Assembly: GCA_048882325.1 (NCBI GenBank)
Contig: JBHLRS010000029.1
Location: 1-41,195, forward strand
Source of the DNA: Candidatus Thorarchaeota archaeon
Lineage (GTDB): Archaea > Asgardarchaeota > Thorarchaeia > Thorarchaeales > Thorarchaeaceae
Length of the DNA stretch: 41,195 nt
Direction: 5' to 3'
The notes under the pieces are model-generated. The model was not told the origin of the DNA and ran no database searches. It saw only the letters and a program-made list of their open reading frames with translations. Of the stretch, positions 36,854 through 41,195 are shown one piece after another; the first letter of the stretch is position 1; every line of letters begins with the position of its first letter. The translations under genes and the position numbers were made by a program.

Positions 36854-37024
36854 TTACTTAATGTCGCTATCTTTCACGAATTGATACACGTCATATTTCA
36901 AATGATTGCTATCATTTGGAACTCGACTGGTGACCACAAATACCTTCTTCTCTCTTTCAGAGTTTTGCTTTAGATATGCATGAACTTCGCATTCGCTTGA
37001 TGTTGATATTAAATGGCGTAGCAT
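36854..37024 (-). CDS. Small hypothetical protein (56 aa, below track cutoff)
   Basis: ATG 37024 to TAA; MLRHLISTSSECEVHAYLKQNSEREKKVFVVTSRVPNDSNHLKYDVYQFVKDSDIK; co-oriented with its neighbours. Confidence 0.45.
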   Translation of the reverse strand: MLRHLISTSSECEVHAYLKQNSEREKKVFVVTSRVPNDSNHLKYDVYQFVKDSDIK

Positions 37025-37063
37025 AATAATCGCACTCGATGGATCATAAAGTGGTCTAATAGT

Positions 37064-37447
37064 TCACTTGTCATATTCTTCCCATTCTTCCTCATAGATT
37101 ACATCCTTTCGAAATTGGATTAACCTGTTTTTCGTATCCTCAAATGATTCTGGCTGCAACTTCGTAGCAACGAGTGCCAAACTTCTTATGAAGTCAAAAA
37201 CTTCGTTCTCGTCTACGCTAGCAAACCATTTTTCGTCTTCTAGTAATTCATCCTCAATGGTTAGGGACTCTGATTGATCGAGTTCTGCAAGAACCCTGAC
37301 TACATCTCTTCTCAGGAACCTTAGCATCTGATCTAGAGATGGGGGCATAGAATCATTCTTCGCTATCATCTTGTTCGTCTTCTTACTTTCAAGGTGTTCA
37401 AACAATTTTCTGTGAGTTCTCTCACAGATAACGGAACTTACAGACAC
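37064..37447 (-). CDS. Hypothetical acidic helical protein
   Basis: AGGTGA before GTG; protein-like composition. Confidence 0.6.
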   Translation of the reverse strand: MSVSSVICERTHRKLFEHLESKKTNKMIAKNDSMPPSLDQMLRFLRRDVVRVLAELDQSESLTIEDELLEDEKWFASVDENEVFDFIRSLALVATKLQPESFEDTKNRLIQFRKDVIYEEEWEEYDK

Positions 37448-37794
37448 ATCACCTACAACACAAATCAGTCAGTTTGTAAGACCAATGACGGGAGAACAGA
37501 TGTTCGCAACTCATGTCTGATTTTTTGAGAGAACAGCTTTGGTCTTATTCATGACATACTCATAATTAATGGGTCTTTGTTCTAGGTGGCGTCTGTGTTC
37601 CTAATAATTATGATATCATTATGATTATAAATTTATCTAAAAGATTAAACAATTGTTATATAAATATACATTGTCAGAAATTGCAAGCTCTATTGATTGG
37701 AGTGGTACTTCTTTTATCGTGCTAGCTCAGTCTAGCAGGGACATCGCTTGGTTTCGATTCAGCCAACTAGGTGTTCTTCAAGTCTTGTCAAGCC

Positions 37795-40700
37795 CTACCA
37801 CTCGTACCCGACATTGTCCACAGATTGAGGACCGTTTCGTTTTTGCAATATCAGACCCACAACTATAATGATGACAGCAATACTGCCGATTGAAATGCTA
37901 ATTACGAGGTAGTCGCCACTCGCAACTGTACCAATATTCACCAAGACAGTATCAGAGTTGTAATTCCCTGAGGTGTCCCACACAATAACTGTGTAGTTGT
38001 AAGTTCCAGTCGACAAGCCTTCGGGAAGTGCATATGTCAGGTTCTCTCCACTTGCCCATGTCCCACCTGCAACCAATGTTCCATTCTGATATATCTCATA
38101 GTTGAATGGTAGTAGGTCTGTTGGTCGCCATGTGATTTGGATGTTTTCCATATCAAGATCAATAACGATATCTGTTGGATGATCAATAATCGGTGATGTG
38201 GTGTCAACAACAGTCACAATAACAGAATCCATAGCAAAGTTACCTGAAGAATCAACAACCAGAATGCTGAAGTTATATTCTCCAAGATCCAGACCATCTA
38301 TATCCAATGCAATTGTTCCAGACGTCCAGAGATTGATTTCAATGGGCATCTCATCCAAGGAGATAATGTAAGACCCTGGATACAAGTCTGCGACTGACCA
38401 GACGACAGAGTGTCCACCTGTACCAAATTCATAGTTCACATTTGGGGGATGACCTAGGCTTGGACTTGTAGTATCGACAACTGCGACAATTACTGTGTCT
38501 GATACCTCAACTGAACCATCTCCATAGATGACGACTAAATACTCGTATTCTCCAGGTGCGAGATTATCAATGTCAACTACAAGCTGATTACCACCCGGCC
38601 AGGCTCCTGATGAGATTAATCCACCGTTTCTGAATAGCTCGTAGGAGGTCGGAGCGAAATTCGCAATGTTCCACACTATCGCATTGTCTGATGTCCCAGC
38701 TTCGTATCCGAAATCTTCGACATCATCAATGAATGGTTGTATTGATTCACTGGTAATCTCATGATTGAGATAAATCTCATCAACAAGTAGTGGGAACATG
38801 GGGTCTGATCCAAACCGTGAGCTTGCAAGTGCGACGTATTTGATCTCTCTATTGAGGTCGGCTTCTGAAAGCCCCGAAAGCACCTGTTGTCCAACACCTT
38901 CCACGTAAGCCATCAAACCTGACTCCGAGTAGCTGACATTCATCTCTCCGTTGTACGATGTCCAAGTAACCGGATAGCCAGAACCATAACCAACTCGGGA
39001 ACCATTCGCATAGACGTAGCTTATTCCGTATGCCCCCTGTGTATAATCACTCCATCCATCTCCAAAACTGAAGGACAGAACAGGGTTTCTATTGGCATCA
39101 CCCAGCATGACGACCTGATATCCCAAATATGAAGAGAGGGAGTTATCCGCATTCATAATCGCTGAGAATGTGTTGATGTTTCGGACTAGTAGGCTTTGAG
39201 GCAATTCATACTCATAGACTGGTCCGTGATATCCGGATCCTGTGGCGATTCCAGAAATTGTAAGACTTGTTCCGTTAGATGTCAATGAACCCGGCTGAAT
39301 GTCCCATGTCATCCAGTTGATGTTCCACGAATCGTTATAGACAAAGCCTGAAGTGTCTGAACAGTCATGATGCCAAGATGCAGTTGTTGGTGTCCATGTC
39401 AAACTGATGTCATGCACCCTGACAATATCGGTGAGCGGATAGGGAGGGGATGAGGCTTCTTTGGAGCCAGCAATCCAAATTGAAACATGACTGACCTGAC
39501 GATTCTCAAGACTATTAGGGTCAAGGATGAACCTTTCCCCAACCCCAGGAAGATTTGCATAAAGTCCGGTTGCATTTCGTTCTATGGATAATGTTTGAAT
39601 ATATGGGGATGGGACTAAAACACCCACACCAGAAGTCACTATAGTACCATTGGCAAAATGATACGCTGCCCCCGGCATTGCATCTGTTGTATATCCATAA
39701 GGGTCCCTGACTTGAAGACGTAGTATTGGTTTTCCAGTTTCATCATGGATTAATACAAAGGCGCCCCCAATATCACCTGCTACACCATTAGGGTCGATTT
39801 CAAACTCAACGTCCAGCTTTCGGAATCCATCGAATTGGAATGGGTTGCTGAGGGTATGATACCTCAATGGTCCGAACCAACACTTCTCCGCTGGTGGTGT
39901 GCCTAGGTCTGAAGCATAGATGAATTGGCCTGAAGAGTTCAGAGTTCCCGATGCAGTCCGTATACCAAACGCGGAGTGTTCCCATAGCCACTCATCATTC
40001 CCAACACCATCAAATGCTGTCATGTTTGAGCAATCATGGTGCCATCTTAGTGTAGCAGATTCTCCCCAATCGCCATGAGTTGGTTCTGCTGATACGAACT
40101 TGCGCACATACATGTCATCAGTCCACCACGTATTGGCGCCATGTCGAAGCCCGTATCGAGTACAGGTAGTTCGTGTGTCGTTTATTGTTGAGAAGCAATA
40201 TCCTCCAATGCCCATTATATCGTTATCACGATCAAGCACTGTCATTTCATCTTCAAAGAATCTGTACTCCCAAGAATACCACTCATCAGTGACAGTAACG
40301 AAAGCGGGAGTATAATCGAAATAATCCGATACAGCATCATACCACTGATGATTATTCACTCCCAGATATTCCAGCTGTTCAATGAAGATAAACGTTTGAG
40401 ATGCGTCCTTCGTTGTGTAATAACCCTTGTAATCCAAATCATATCTGAATTTATGACCGATTGCGATATTTCCAACAGGTCCCCAATCATTCGCCCATGC
40501 AACATTAGCTACGCTGTCTCCGGTTTCTGAAGCCTCTGCGACTTGATTATCTCCACCTGCCGGGTCCAGTGCTATCCGGACATAGTCATCTGGGTCCTGA
40601 GCTGATTCGAGCCACCATTTATTTGGGTCTGGGTCTGAGCCAAGTGAAGTGCTTTCAAAGTCATCGAAGAAGATGAATGTCGCTGCACCATTACTCCTCG

Positions 40701-41178
40701 TAGTTACACCGGAGTTTCCATAATACATGTAGATGGTTGTGTTGAAATTAAGATCCTCTGACACCTCCACCCAAAATGTAGAGACATTATAATCGTCAAC
40801 ATTCTCTGTCCAGTAGTCGAGAAGTGAATAGCCATCATCTTCTGTGAACCTGATATCATCAAAGTCTGGCTGACACCATCCGTTGCAATACACATCTTGA
40901 CCGAAACTCGTCCCATAGCCATAATGTACGATTATCTCTATCTGATAGTTCTCTCCAGCTCCTGTTGCCCCAATGATTTGGTGAGACCGTCTATAGTTCC
41001 ATCCAGCCAACCAATCTGATGCAGGTACGCTTGTCTTCCTAACACTCTCAGTATGGTCGGTTTCCGCTATGTTATTGTTACTATCCAAGCCAGTTGAAGT
41101 GGAAATTGGGATGATGAGCATGGCTAGAATCACTATTGAGTATAGAAATTGACAAACATGCCTCTTCATGTTACACAC
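37795..41178 (-). CDS. Large cell-surface protein: DUF2341-like domain, two WHHDCS repeats, three Ig-like repeats, C-terminal TM
   Basis: Signal peptide; DFDDIRFT..LLDYW..FWVEV..IYMYYGN..TFIFFDDFE; VDTTSP-bounded repeats; TM and short tail. Confidence 0.85.
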   Translation of the reverse strand: MCNMKRHVCQFLYSIVILAMLIIPISTSTGLDSNNNIAETDHTESVRKTSVPASDWLAGWNYRRSHQIIGATGAGENYQIEIIVHYGYGTSFGQDVYCNGWCQPDFDDIRFTEDDGYSLLDYWTENVDDYNVSTFWVEVSEDLNFNTTIYMYYGNSGVTTRSNGAATFIFFDDFESTSLGSDPDPNKWWLESAQDPDDYVRIALDPAGGDNQVAEASETGDSVANVAWANDWGPVGNIAIGHKFRYDLDYKGYYTTKDASQTFIFIEQLEYLGVNNHQWYDAVSDYFDYTPAFVTVTDEWYSWEYRFFEDEMTVLDRDNDIMGIGGYCFSTINDTRTTCTRYGLRHGANTWWTDDMYVRKFVSAEPTHGDWGESATLRWHHDCSNMTAFDGVGNDEWLWEHSAFGIRTASGTLNSSGQFIYASDLGTPPAEKCWFGPLRYHTLSNPFQFDGFRKLDVEFEIDPNGVAGDIGGAFVLIHDETGKPILRLQVRDPYGYTTDAMPGAAYHFANGTIVTSGVGVLVPSPYIQTLSIERNATGLYANLPGVGERFILDPNSLENRQVSHVSIWIAGSKEASSPPYPLTDIVRVHDISLTWTPTTASWHHDCSDTSGFVYNDSWNINWMTWDIQPGSLTSNGTSLTISGIATGSGYHGPVYEYELPQSLLVRNINTFSAIMNADNSLSSYLGYQVVMLGDANRNPVLSFSFGDGWSDYTQGAYGISYVYANGSRVGYGSGYPVTWTSYNGEMNVSYSESGLMAYVEGVGQQVLSGLSEADLNREIKYVALASSRFGSDPMFPLLVDEIYLNHEITSESIQPFIDDVEDFGYEAGTSDNAIVWNIANFAPTSYELFRNGGLISSGAWPGGNQLVVDIDNLAPGEYEYLVVIYGDGSVEVSDTVIVAVVDTTSPSLGHPPNVNYEFGTGGHSVVWSVADLYPGSYIISLDEMPIEINLWTSGTIALDIDGLDLGEYNFSILVVDSSGNFAMDSVIVTVVDTTSPIIDHPTDIVIDLDMENIQITWRPTDLLPFNYEIYQNGTLVAGGTWASGENLTYALPEGLSTGTYNYTVIVWDTSGNYNSDTVLVNIGTVASGDYLVISISIGSIAVIIIVVGLILQKRNGPQSVDNVGYEW

Positions 41179-41195
41179 CCACTGAGTATAAACCA

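Noticed and set aside
37653-37868. 71-aa plus-strand ORF
   Set aside because: Starts within an AT-rich promoter-like tract and overlaps the surface-protein gene antisense.
1-41195. CRISPR array, IS/integrase, rRNA/tRNA, reverse transcriptase
   Set aside because: No regularly spaced repeats or recognisable motifs were seen by eye.

Overview
Gene-dense archaeal chromosomal segment with about 33 CDS. No rRNA, tRNA, CRISPR array or mobile element is visible. TATA-like promoters, expanded double-wHTH regulators, a DUF2341/Ig-repeat surface protein and a corrinoid protein suggest an Asgard archaeon, probably Thorarchaeia (inference). Routine genes include a GH36 alpha-galactosidase cut by the window edge and absent from the ORF track, a PHP phosphatase, an MFS transporter, panB, glnA, a Thr/Ser dehydratase, an Lrp regulator and a kinase-M23-aminotransferase fusion. 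The most notable signal is a set of eukaryote-like lipid-handling candidates. (i) A membrane-anchored subtilase resembles Site-1 protease (SKI-1/MBTPS1) along its length. (ii) Divergent from it is a P2-like P-type ATPase with PINI in place of PEGL (Ile at the Glu position, as in P4 flippase PISL) and missing Ca site II ligands. (iii) There is a stand-alone SCP2 protein and an SCP2-arylsulfotransferase fusion. Also present are two intergenic TATA-hairpin-U-tract units (candidate small RNAs), a low-GC two-gene islet, a pseudo-histidine-kinase receptor, several operator-like repeats and a zinc-ribbon gene remnant. All family assignments come from motif recognition by eye; no database search was run.
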